From assembly GCA_964535095.1 (NCBI GenBank), contig CAZHSU010000001.1, forward strand, positions 1-28,944: a stretch of DNA of 28,944 bases. The letters run 5' to 3'. Origin of the DNA: an uncultured Candidatus Saccharibacteria bacterium (lineage in GTDB: Bacteria; Patescibacteriota; Dojkabacteria; SC72). Both the position numbers and the translations under genes were made by a program. Below are positions 14,825-23,096 of this stretch, piece after piece; within the stretch, counting starts at the first letter, position 1; every line of letters starts with the position of its first letter. The notes below the pieces were generated by a model that was not told the origin of the DNA, did no database searches, and saw nothing but the letters and a program-made list of their open reading frames with translations.

Positions 14825-16633
14825 ATGGAACCAGGGGTAAAAAGAATTACCACTACAAAAAAATCTAATAAACTTGTCAAGACACTATTAATCGTTGCAG
14901 GAGTATTAGGTCTCATTCTTATTCTTGTTGCAATATATTTCTATGCAATAAAGCCTGCAACAGAAAGAGAAATAGTGGCAGACAAAACCTGTACTTGCTA
15001 TCTCATAGATCCCGCAGTTACAACTGACGAATGTCAAGATCCCAGAAAAGGTTTCAATTTTACCCAAACAACTGTAAAAGGCAATGAAGCCTGCCCAAAA
15101 TGTACTACTTCAAAGGTAGATACAACCCAGTTAAATACTGCAACAGACCCAAAGCTCTTTGTCTCTTGCCCATTACAGAATGCCCAAGACCTAAGATGTA
15201 AGCTAATGACTATAACGGATAAAGATGGGAAGATTATCACAGGACAGATTGCACCAGGGGAAGAGATAACTGTAGAGGCAACTTTTGATAAAAAATACAT
15301 AAATCCACACTTTACAATAAATAGTACAACAGAAGAACCAGATACCATCTCCGAAGATGGCTTAACAATTAAGAAATCTTTCACAAATTTCACAGGAACA
15401 TCTGCAGATATCGTCGCAACAGCAGATGAAGGTTCTGGAGCATTAATTAATTCCCCTCTCTGCAAAAGAATTGTCTCTATTTCACAACAGGCATCTGCAA
15501 GGGTAAATGGTCTTCAATTAACAAAAAGGATTGAAGAAAAGTTAAATAAAGTATCGAAAGCCACTTTAAAAGTTTCGAATTTAAAAGAGTCTGAGAACTT
15601 AAATATCGAATTCTCCTTTGGTAACCAGAAATTTGCAACACTTTCATTGGTAAAAGGATTAGCTTACGATGGAGGAAAAAATGAAATCACTATAATAGAA
15701 CAAGATTTGTATAATAGTGAGAATTTTTCTAATAATTTAAGTTTTGCACAATTAGATGATTTTGTTGGAACTGTTGAGGTAACAGCGAAACTTCAAGATG
15801 GTGAATCTGTATTAGGAGAAGCAACAGCATCACTAACTTTTGATGAAATTACTGATGAGACTCCCGTAGATGATGGAGAAAAGCCGGGAGATGATATACC
15901 ACCAGAAGAAAACATAGAAGAATCAGATTTCAAGGTGACAGGCTCTGCAAATTTAACCTGCCTTGAGAGAGTAGCTCCAAATAATCGTGTGACATTTACA
16001 ATTAATATTACAAACGGAGCAGAAAGTACTCAAACAATTAAATCTATTAAGAACAAGCTACCTCTTGGATTTACATATGTATTAGGAAGTTCACGAATTA
16101 ATAGTGTTTCCGTATCAGATATCAACTATCTTAAGAGCACAGATATTGGAGAGACAAAAGAATTAGTATGGGCAAGTTCAGGTGGATGGGCAATTAGTGC
16201 AGGACAATCATTAAGCCTTGTATTTAGTGCTGAAGCTGGACCAAATGCAATCACAGGAGAAAACAGAGATGAAGTAGTAATTGAGCCAGAACAAGTTCCA
16301 GTAGATCCAAATAATCTAAGAGCGGAAATCATTATTAATGTAGAACAAGCATGTAATCCAGTAATACCAGAAGAAGGAGAAGGGAATGAAGGGCAAACAC
16401 CCAATATTCCAGATACAGGCATCTTCGATACAACTCTTGGCAGAGTTATCCTTGGACTCCTAATAGTAGCAATCGGTTGGTACCTCTACACAAAACCATT
16501 TGGACAGATAGTTGCAAAGAAATTTGTAGACTCCGAAGTATACAAAGAAGCAGAAATGACATCATGGAGGATTTTCAAACCAAAGAAATACTTTGAAGAA
16601 AGCACAGTGAAGAAGTTAGGAAAAAAGAAGTAA
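14825..16633 (+). CDS. Cys-rich surface protein with DUF11-like domain and LPxTG-like (IPDTG) sorting signal
   Basis: N-terminal TM, Cys cluster (CTC..C..CPKC..C..C), DUF11-like RVTFTINITN...IKNKLPLGFTYVLGS, then IPDTG (16406-16420), a hydrophobic helix and a Lys-rich tail. Confidence 0.75.
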   Translation: MEPGVKRITTTKKSNKLVKTLLIVAGVLGLILILVAIYFYAIKPATEREIVADKTCTCYLIDPAVTTDECQDPRKGFNFTQTTVKGNEACPKCTTSKVDTTQLNTATDPKLFVSCPLQNAQDLRCKLMTITDKDGKIITGQIAPGEEITVEATFDKKYINPHFTINSTTEEPDTISEDGLTIKKSFTNFTGTSADIVATADEGSGALINSPLCKRIVSISQQASARVNGLQLTKRIEEKLNKVSKATLKVSNLKESENLNIEFSFGNQKFATLSLVKGLAYDGGKNEITIIEQDLYNSENFSNNLSFAQLDDFVGTVEVTAKLQDGESVLGEATASLTFDEITDETPVDDGEKPGDDIPPEENIEESDFKVTGSANLTCLERVAPNNRVTFTINITNGAESTQTIKSIKNKLPLGFTYVLGSSRINSVSVSDINYLKSTDIGETKELVWASSGGWAISAGQSLSLVFSAEAGPNAITGENRDEVVIEPEQVPVDPNNLRAEIIINVEQACNPVIPEEGEGNEGQTPNIPDTGIFDTTLGRVILGLLIVAIGWYLYTKPFGQIVAKKFVDSEVYKEAEMTSWRIFKPKKYFEESTVKKLGKKK

Positions 16634-16634
16634 G

Positions 16635-17045
16635 CTATAATTCGCTGAGAAGAAATTCCAACGGCACACCATTTTTACCATAACCTTTTTTCTCAGAATT
16701 AATCAGGAAATAATACTTTGATTTTGTCAGAAGCTTATCAAGCGTAACTTCATGCTTATCAGATTTTAGATTTCCACCAATATCAAAACCAACCAAATCC
16801 ATATTATTTCTGCTAGTACCATACTGAACAAAGCCAGCACACTTCCCTATTGTCTTCCAGCTAATAACAACAGAAAACTCCTTCTCCCCCTTCTCAATAA
16901 AAAGATTGTAGGGTGTACACTCGTCCTGCTCCTGATAAAGAGAATCAAAACTAACTGCCTTATCCTTTCTCAAAAGCAGAAAAACAGATGACATTGTCAA
17001 GACAAGAGCAACAGTTCCAACTATTATTAAAATATTCTTATTCAC
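16635..17045 (-). CDS. TM-anchored protein with fibronectin type III / purple-acid-phosphatase-N-like beta-sandwich
   Basis: TM helix then VVISWKT...FVQYGTS...HEVTLDKL...YYFLINS; GTG start overlaps the upstream stop. Confidence 0.65.
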   Translation of the reverse strand: MNKNILIIVGTVALVLTMSSVFLLLRKDKAVSFDSLYQEQDECTPYNLFIEKGEKEFSVVISWKTIGKCAGFVQYGTSRNNMDLVGFDIGGNLKSDKHEVTLDKLLTKSKYYFLINSEKKGYGKNGVPLEFLLSEL

Positions 17046-17496
17046 CTGCTCTATTCACTAAAATATAATTCTTCTGGGAGGAAGAATGCTCCCCATCACT
17101 CACACGAAGAGTATATGAGATAGTATCATTGTCCCCAATATTAAAAGGAACAGTACCTACAACACCCATATCGACAAGCCTCAACCAATCAGGAGCCTCA
17201 ACTAATTCCAGAACCAAAGAATTAGGATCACTATCTGAATCCTCGATTCTAGGATAATACTCATAAACCTCACCCTCTACAACCTCCAAAGGAGCTACAG
17301 AAACAATATATGGAGCACCATAAGTATTCTCTGCTCCTGTCAAAATACTCTCCTCATTAGTTGAACCTAAAACACCTTCTTCCTCCTTCTCTGGTACATT
17401 CTCTCTATTCAAAAACAGATAAACAAAGCCAAAAGAAAAGACAAAAAGAAGAACTAATGAGCTAATAACTATCTTTACTTGCCTACTTCTCTCCAT
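17038..17496 (-). CDS. TM-anchored protein with one Ig/cadherin-like domain
   Basis: TM helix; APYIVSVAP..VVEGEVYEY..RIEDSDSD...APDWL...YTLRVSDG resembles a domain in the 6530 protein. Confidence 0.7.
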   Translation of the reverse strand: MERSRQVKIVISSLVLLFVFSFGFVYLFLNRENVPEKEEEGVLGSTNEESILTGAENTYGAPYIVSVAPLEVVEGEVYEYYPRIEDSDSDPNSLVLELVEAPDWLRLVDMGVVGTVPFNIGDNDTISYTLRVSDGEHSSSQKNYILVNRAGE

Positions 17497-17502
17497 ATCC
17501 AG

Positions 17503-17552
17503 AGTTTACCACAAAAAAGAATGTTTACAAACCTTACTTTAACATATATAAT
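17503..17552. promoter_or_regulatory. Overlapping divergent promoters for rpsT (+) and the 17496 gene (-)
   Basis: Plus: TTTACA 17524-17529, 17 nt, TATAAT 17547-17552. Minus: TTGTAA 17530..17525, 16 nt, TAAACT 17508..17503 with TG extension, 6 nt before ATG 17496. Confidence 0.6.
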
Positions 17553-17588
17553 AGCCTAATATAGTTATATTAATTACATTCAGTTAAG

Positions 17589-17885
17589 ATGCCAAATTTA
17601 AAAACATCAATAAAAGATCTCAGAACAGCTAATAGAAGACAGGTTGTCAATAATAGGCTAAGAGAGAGAATAAAAAGAGCTACAAAGAAACAGAGAACAT
17701 TAGTAGCACAAGGAAATATTGAAGAGGGAGAAAAGAACCTAAAAAATGTTTACAAAGTTTTAGATAAAGCAGCTAAAAAGAACGTTATCAAAAAAGGTAA
17801 GGCAAGTAGATTAAAGTCTAGACTTACCCAAAATTTAAACAAACTCGCCCAAGATAATGTCAAAACTTCTAAAAAGGACACTTAA
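17589..17885 (+). CDS. rpsT: 30S ribosomal protein S20
   Basis: MPNLKTSIKDLRTANRRQVVNNR...LDKAAKKNVIKKGKASRLKSRL. Confidence 0.95.
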   Translation: MPNLKTSIKDLRTANRRQVVNNRLRERIKRATKKQRTLVAQGNIEEGEKNLKNVYKVLDKAAKKNVIKKGKASRLKSRLTQNLNKLAQDNVKTSKKDT

Positions 17886-18405
17886 AATATCTGTCGCTCC
17901 TGCAATTCTTATGATTGCAGGGAAGCTATTAGGTATTGTACTTGCAAACATTCTATACAAGCTAGACTTTTTCATTGATAACCAAATTCAGGGAATATTC
18001 TCAATACAACTATACTACACAGATAGTATGACTACTCTTCTTGTAAACTCAGTTTCAAATCTAATAATGGTACTTGTTTTAGCAGTCCCTACCCTATACT
18101 TCATTATCAAGACATCGATATATCAATCGACATTTGAGAATCCAAGAACAATTGTAAAACTTACAAAATTTAATATGACAAATTGGATTACGAAAGACGA
18201 TTCTTCCTTTTTAATTATCTTCATCTGGACAGCATTCCTCGTCATTGCTTCCTTAGTCGTAGTTGCTCAAACAATACAGGGGAATTGTTATGAATGGGTT
18301 GGAATAATAGCAGGTGTCTTTGCAATTTTTGGAATTTGGGGAGCGATAAAGACATTTGAGATAGAAATTGATAAGATATATCCTAAGGAGGAATTATACA
18401 GATGA
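17857..18405 (+). CDS. Hypothetical membrane protein (about 4 TM)
   Basis: 182-aa ORF with four hydrophobic segments; overlaps rpsT by 29 nt; ATGA-coupled to the next gene. Confidence 0.7.
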   Translation: MSKLLKRTLKISVAPAILMIAGKLLGIVLANILYKLDFFIDNQIQGIFSIQLYYTDSMTTLLVNSVSNLIMVLVLAVPTLYFIIKTSIYQSTFENPRTIVKLTKFNMTNWITKDDSSFLIIFIWTAFLVIASLVVVAQTIQGNCYEWVGIIAGVFAIFGIWGAIKTFEIEIDKIYPKEELYR

Positions 18406-18956
18406 GTAAATCTAAAAAAACTTTACTACCACAAATTTTTGAACCATTAGCTATTGTTGCTGTTTTAGCTCTTTTTGCAATTCCTGTGCTTACAGTTATG
18501 AATCTTTCCCCCATTACACAGGGTAACAAATCCGTAAATGTTCTCGGTGCTGCTTCTTCTCCAAATAGTATAAATATTGAGCTATTGGATGAAGATGAGG
18601 AAGTTTTTTCTGCTGGACAGGTAATGAGAGAGGGAGATAGTAAGTGGGTGTATATGGTAGATGTTTTTGCAAGAGAGAAAGAGAGAGAGTATTCTAAGGA
18701 GGTTTTCCGAATTAGGAACAGAAGTAACACGAGACAAACTGTTGTTGTTAGTGGTTATACGGATAGTACAAGTAATTCAAACTTTTCTCTTAAGATGGAT
18801 AATGAGTGGTATGTGTTGAGAGATTATAGTAGAGAGATGTATGAGAGAGAGATTATCTTAGAACCTAATGCAGTAAAGACTATTGAACTTTCAACATATA
18901 GCGAGAGTAATATCCTTTTTAAGGAGACTTTTACTGTTGATATTGTGGTGAAATAG
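18402..18956 (+). CDS. Hypothetical TM-anchored extracellular protein
   Basis: One N-terminal TM followed by a beta-rich soluble region; ATGA overlap start. Confidence 0.7.
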   Translation: MSKSKKTLLPQIFEPLAIVAVLALFAIPVLTVMNLSPITQGNKSVNVLGAASSPNSINIELLDEDEEVFSAGQVMREGDSKWVYMVDVFAREKEREYSKEVFRIRNRSNTRQTVVVSGYTDSTSNSNFSLKMDNEWYVLRDYSREMYEREIILEPNAVKTIELSTYSESNILFKETFTVDIVVK

Positions 18957-18980
18957 CAATTTTCGTGTTTTTAATTAAAC

Positions 18981-19217
18981 CATAGGGTCTCTCCTAGATC
19001 TGTCCCTCAAAAAGATACAACTATTCGCATTGTACTAAGGTTTCCTAACCCACAGCATCGTTAACTTTCTTCTTTTTCTCAACTTTTTTCAGAAGCAACC
19101 ACACAGGGTCCGTCCCAGATCTGACCCTCAAAAAGGTCCAACTATTCGCATTGTACTAAGGTTTCCTAATCCACAGCATCATTAACTTTCTTCTTTTTAT
19201 CAACTTTTTTCAGAAGC
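18981..19217. repeat. Tandem direct duplication, period 121 nt (two 116-nt copies)
   Basis: 18981-19096 vs 19102-19217; hand alignment gives 10 mismatches in 116 nt, 7 of them in the first 37 nt. Confidence 0.95.
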
Positions 19218-19288
19218 CACAAAGCCAAATATCCTATTAAACAGGCAGAAAGGGTTGGAAAACAGGGGTCAGATCTGGGACAGACCCC
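19105..19288. repeat. Inverted pair of REP-like GC-rich palindromes (third, decayed copy at 18984-19007)
   Basis: AGGGTCCGTCCCAGATCTGACCCT (19105-19128) and AGGGGTCAGATCTGGGACAGACCCC (19264-19288) are reverse complements over the GGGTCYGTCCCAGATCTGACCC core. Each folds with GGGTC/GACCC arms. Confidence 0.85.
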
Positions 19289-19310
19289 AAAATAAATCCA
19301 AAAGCCTCTC

Positions 19311-19339
19311 TTCTAAAAACCTATATATTTAGGTATAAT
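19311..19339 (+). promoter_or_regulatory. Leaderless-type promoter of lepA
   Basis: TTCTAA-17 nt-TATAAT, 7 nt before ATG 19347. Confidence 0.65.
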
Positions 19340-19346
19340 CTCAAGC

Positions 19347-21170
19347 ATGTCTGAAACAAAATTAAACAAAATACGAAATTTCTCCATCATCGCTCACATA
19401 GATCATGGGAAATCTACACTAGCAGATAGGATGTTGGAGGCTACAAACAACCAAGCAATCGCAAGGAAAAAGAAAAACAGGCTATTGGATAAACTAGACT
19501 TAGAACAAGAAAAGGGGATTACAATAAAACTACAAGCATGCAAAATGCAATGGAAAGATTACGAACTAAACCTCATTGACACACCAGGGCATGTAGATTT
19601 CTCTTACGAAGTCTCCAGATCCCTTGCAGCCTGTGAATCCGCCCTACTACTCGTAGATGCAAGCCAAGGAATACAAGCACAGACAATTTCAAATACAAGA
19701 AAAGCATTAGATCTAGGATTAACACTCATACCTGTTCTAAACAAAATAGATTTACCAAATGTAAATATTGAAGAAAGGGAGAAAGAGATAGAAGCACTTT
19801 TGGGATTTAAAAAGGAGGAAATAATAAAAGTATCTGGAAAAACTGGAGAAGGTGTAGAGAAATTGCTAGATGCAATAATTGAGAAATCCCCTCCCCCAGT
19901 TGGAGATTCCAATGCATCACTAAAAGCTCTCGTCTTTGACTCTTTCTACGATGAACATAGGGGTGTGGTTATTGCAATTAGGCTTTTTGATGGAAAGATT
20001 AAATATATTCCAGGGAAAGCAGAAGAGCTAAATATGATTCAGAGAAAACAGAGCTTCAAACCAACAGAAATTGGTATCTTTAACCCAGATTTAGAAGAGA
20101 CAGAAACACTCAGTGCGGGAGAAGTAGGATATATTGCAACTGGAATGAAGGACATAGGTCTTTTTAGTGTTGGAGATACTATTTCAGACAAAAAAGATAC
20201 AGAAGCACTCTCTGGATATCAAGTGCCTGTACCCAATATGTATGCAACATTCTTCCCAACGAATACAGAAGATTATGAAAATCTTAAAATTGCACTGACA
20301 AAACTCTCTCTCAACGATGCTTCTCTTACATTTGCAGATCAGAGATCTAATCTGCTTGGTGCAGGATTTAGATGTGGATTCCTTGGACTATTGCATATGG
20401 AAATTGTACAAGAGAGACTGGAAAGAGAGTACGATATAGATTTAATCATTACAGCACCTACTGTTGAGTATCAATTAACAAAAACAGATGGTACAGAGAT
20501 GGTCATTCAAGCTCCTCACGAGCTTCCAGATCCTGCAAGTATTAAGGAAATTAGAGAGCCATGGGTGAGAGCAGAAATTATGACTCCAGAGAAATATTTG
20601 GGAGATTTAATGAGTTTGTGCCAAGTGAAGAGAGGTGTATATGTGAATACTAAATATTTGAATGCGAATATTAGTGATGTGCAATTGGCAGACCAATATA
20701 TTGTTTTGGAATATGATATTCCGTTAGTTTCTCTCATTTCAAGTTTTTTTGACCAGATGAAGAATATTTCTAGTGGTTATGCTTCTATGGAATATGAATT
20801 CATAGATTATTTCCCTGCGGATATTGTGAAAGTTTCTGTTTTGGTTAATCATGAAGAGGTTTCTGTTTTGGATTTTTTGGAGGTTAGAGAGGAGGCAAGG
20901 GCGAAGTCTGTGAAGCTCTTAGAGGTTATGAAGACTGTTATTCCTAGACAACAGTTCCCTATTCCCATTCAGGCAGCTATTGGGTCTACAATCATTGCTA
21001 GAGAGGATGTGAAGGCATTTAGGAAGGATGTTACTGCGAAGTTGTATGGTGGAGACTATTCTAGGAAGAAGAAGTTGTTGGAGAAGCAGAAGAAGGGTAA
21101 GAAGAGATTGAAACAGATTGGTCAGGTTAATATTCCTCAGGATGCATTTTTAGCTATTTTGAAGACATAG
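19347..21170 (+). CDS. lepA: Elongation factor 4 (LepA)
   Basis: IRNFSIIAHIDHGKSTLADR, LNLIDTPGHVDF, NKID, GFRCGFLGLLHMEIVQERLERE, C-terminal KKLLEKQKKGKKRLKQIG. Confidence 0.98.
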   Translation: MSETKLNKIRNFSIIAHIDHGKSTLADRMLEATNNQAIARKKKNRLLDKLDLEQEKGITIKLQACKMQWKDYELNLIDTPGHVDFSYEVSRSLAACESALLLVDASQGIQAQTISNTRKALDLGLTLIPVLNKIDLPNVNIEEREKEIEALLGFKKEEIIKVSGKTGEGVEKLLDAIIEKSPPPVGDSNASLKALVFDSFYDEHRGVVIAIRLFDGKIKYIPGKAEELNMIQRKQSFKPTEIGIFNPDLEETETLSAGEVGYIATGMKDIGLFSVGDTISDKKDTEALSGYQVPVPNMYATFFPTNTEDYENLKIALTKLSLNDASLTFADQRSNLLGAGFRCGFLGLLHMEIVQERLEREYDIDLIITAPTVEYQLTKTDGTEMVIQAPHELPDPASIKEIREPWVRAEIMTPEKYLGDLMSLCQVKRGVYVNTKYLNANISDVQLADQYIVLEYDIPLVSLISSFFDQMKNISSGYASMEYEFIDYFPADIVKVSVLVNHEEVSVLDFLEVREEARAKSVKLLEVMKTVIPRQQFPIPIQAAIGSTIIAREDVKAFRKDVTAKLYGGDYSRKKKLLEKQKKGKKRLKQIGQVNIPQDAFLAILKT

Positions 21171-21198
21171 TGGATTTAATCCCCTTTTCTAGAAATCC

Positions 21199-21227
21199 TC
21201 TACAATCTCTCCCCTATAAGATATAAT
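21199..21227 (+). promoter_or_regulatory. Near-leaderless promoter of recF
   Basis: TCTACA-17 nt-TATAAT, 9 nt before ATG 21237. Confidence 0.6.
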
Positions 21228-21236
21228 CAATATTGC

Positions 21237-22292
21237 ATGATACAGAAAATAAAGTTAACAAATTTCAGGAAATTTGAGAATTTGGAAATAGATATAGAAA
21301 AAGATATTGTCATATTACATGGAGATAATGCGGTTGGTAAAAGCACAATTCTAGAATCCATATACCTAGTAACAAATGGAAAATCCCCATGGGCTGCCAC
21401 AGATGAATACATTTCAACAACACAGAAAGAAGAAACACCATTCAGTAGAATTGAAATAACGACAAATGAAAATGAAGATGAAAAAAAGTACTCATACTAC
21501 AAAACAAATTCTAGGAGAATGTTAAAGATTAATGAAAAGAATGTACCAATAAAGAAGTTTTTTGAAGAAACAGCATCTACTATTTTTAATCCAGAAAAGA
21601 TTGAGATTTTAATGATCTCCCCAAGTAAAAGAAGAGAATTTTTAGATGAAATAATATCTACTCTAGATTACGAATATATCGAAACATTAAAACTATTTAG
21701 AAAAACATTACAACAGAGAAATGCATATCTTAAGAAACTTGCAAAACAATTCTACGAAAAGGGAATAATTGCGAGAAATGATACTCAGTTAAATTTCTGG
21801 ACAAATGAATTTTTGAAACAGGCAGAGAAGATACAGCAACAGAGAGAGGAGCTGTCTAAAAGGATGAAGACTAAAGACTTGAAGATTGAATATATCAAAT
21901 GTAATGGAGATATTGCTCTTGAAGATGCTTTGGAATCCTCGAAGAAAAGAGATATTGCTACTGGATATACAAATATTGGACCACACAGAGATGATTGGGA
22001 GTTAATTAACGGAAAGAATATAAAGAAATATGGTTCTAGAGGAGAAAAAAGATTATCCATTGGAAAGTTAATATTTGAGGTGCAGAAGATAATGAAGAAA
22101 GAACTTGGGTACTACCCTATTCTTCTTCTTGATGACATTGCTTCAGAATTGGATAAAAAGAATACTGCTGAGATATTTAAACCTGAGATATTAAACAAAC
22201 AACAAACATTCATTACAATTATTAACTACAAAAACCTACCAAAGGACATTATTAAAAATGCTCAATTAGTAGATATGAATTCTTTTAAATAA
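21237..22292 (+). CDS. recF: DNA replication and repair protein RecF
   Basis: Walker A GDNAVGKS, SPSKRREFLD, QQRNAYLK, IGPHRDD, signature SRGEKR, Walker B LLLDDIASELD. Confidence 0.9.
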   Translation: MIQKIKLTNFRKFENLEIDIEKDIVILHGDNAVGKSTILESIYLVTNGKSPWAATDEYISTTQKEETPFSRIEITTNENEDEKKYSYYKTNSRRMLKINEKNVPIKKFFEETASTIFNPEKIEILMISPSKRREFLDEIISTLDYEYIETLKLFRKTLQQRNAYLKKLAKQFYEKGIIARNDTQLNFWTNEFLKQAEKIQQQREELSKRMKTKDLKIEYIKCNGDIALEDALESSKKRDIATGYTNIGPHRDDWELINGKNIKKYGSRGEKRLSIGKLIFEVQKIMKKELGYYPILLLDDIASELDKKNTAEIFKPEILNKQQTFITIINYKNLPKDIIKNAQLVDMNSFK

Positions 22293-23020
22293 TTCTTTAT
22301 CTTCCTCTGCTTAAACTTCTTAGGAAAAAATTCAATTCTTCCTTTCTTAGAATTTTCTGCCAACCTCTTAAAATCTGGTTGGTGACTTGCTAATTTCATA
22401 TATATTAATTGAAGATAATAGAAGAATTTGTTTAATATTCTTACAAAAATATTAACTTCTTTCTCAGATTTAATATTTGTAATTAAATTTTCTTTCTTAA
22501 CTCCATATTCTGTCATTAACCATTTATTCTGGGAAAAAACATAATTAATATATTTTTCATTATAAATTGGGACTAAATACATCAATTCATTAAAATTGAA
22601 GATATCAGAATCAAAAACTAAACCTCTCTCCTCTGCAATTAGATTCAAGCAGAATTTATCTTTCACATTCTTATCCCCTTTAACCCTTATTTTCCTTAAA
22701 AAAATGTTTCTAATCTGCACCAAAGCTCTATACAACCACATAGTTCCATTTCTTACAACAATAAAGAGATCTATATCGTCTTCTTCCTTCGCAAAACCAC
22801 TTCCAACAGAACCAGAGATTCCAACAAACTTAACAAGCTTAAAAATTAATAGAAATTTAAGATTCTCTTTTGCGATTCCAATCTTCTCCTTAACATAGAT
22901 ATTCTCGTTCTTCACAACTTCCTCATTGTATGATTTTCCCCATATTCTAATACTTTCTTCATCTGTAATACCTCTTCCAAAGAGTGAACGAAACTGTTCT
23001 AGTTTTTTGAAATTCTCCAT
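22262..23020 (-). CDS. Pol-beta superfamily (MNT-like) nucleotidyltransferase-domain protein
   Basis: VKFVGISGSVGSGFAKEEDDIDLFIV (GS plus DxD). Start placed at ATG 23020 because TATAAT lies 6 nt upstream. Confidence 0.75.
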   Translation of the reverse strand: MENFKKLEQFRSLFGRGITDEESIRIWGKSYNEEVVKNENIYVKEKIGIAKENLKFLLIFKLVKFVGISGSVGSGFAKEEDDIDLFIVVRNGTMWLYRALVQIRNIFLRKIRVKGDKNVKDKFCLNLIAEERGLVFDSDIFNFNELMYLVPIYNEKYINYVFSQNKWLMTEYGVKKENLITNIKSEKEVNIFVRILNKFFYYLQLIYMKLASHQPDFKRLAENSKKGRIEFFPKKFKQRKIKNYLKEFISTN

Positions 23021-23026
23021 ATTTCT

Positions 23027-23096
23027 ATTATATTGTTTTCTTCCCTCATCTACCACTAATATTTTACTTCATATTCTGGTAATATGTAGATATAAT
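23027..23096. promoter_or_regulatory. Divergent promoters for the nucleotidyltransferase (-) and the PrgI/VirB4 operon (+)
   Basis: Minus TATAAT 23032..23027. Plus TTCATA 23068-23073, 17 nt, TATAAT 23091-23096, 11 nt before ATG 23108. Confidence 0.6.

Noticed and set aside
18402-18405. Alternative genetic code (TGA = Gly, code 25)
   Set aside because: Long conserved genes read intact in code 11, and TGA serves as a stop in an ATGA overlap.
18981-19217. CRISPR array
   Set aside because: Two 116-nt copies with a 5-nt gap; no repeat-spacer periodicity and no cas genes.
23021-23056. Track start of the nucleotidyltransferase at 23056
   Set aside because: TATAAT 6 nt before ATG 23020 matches the window-wide leaderless pattern.
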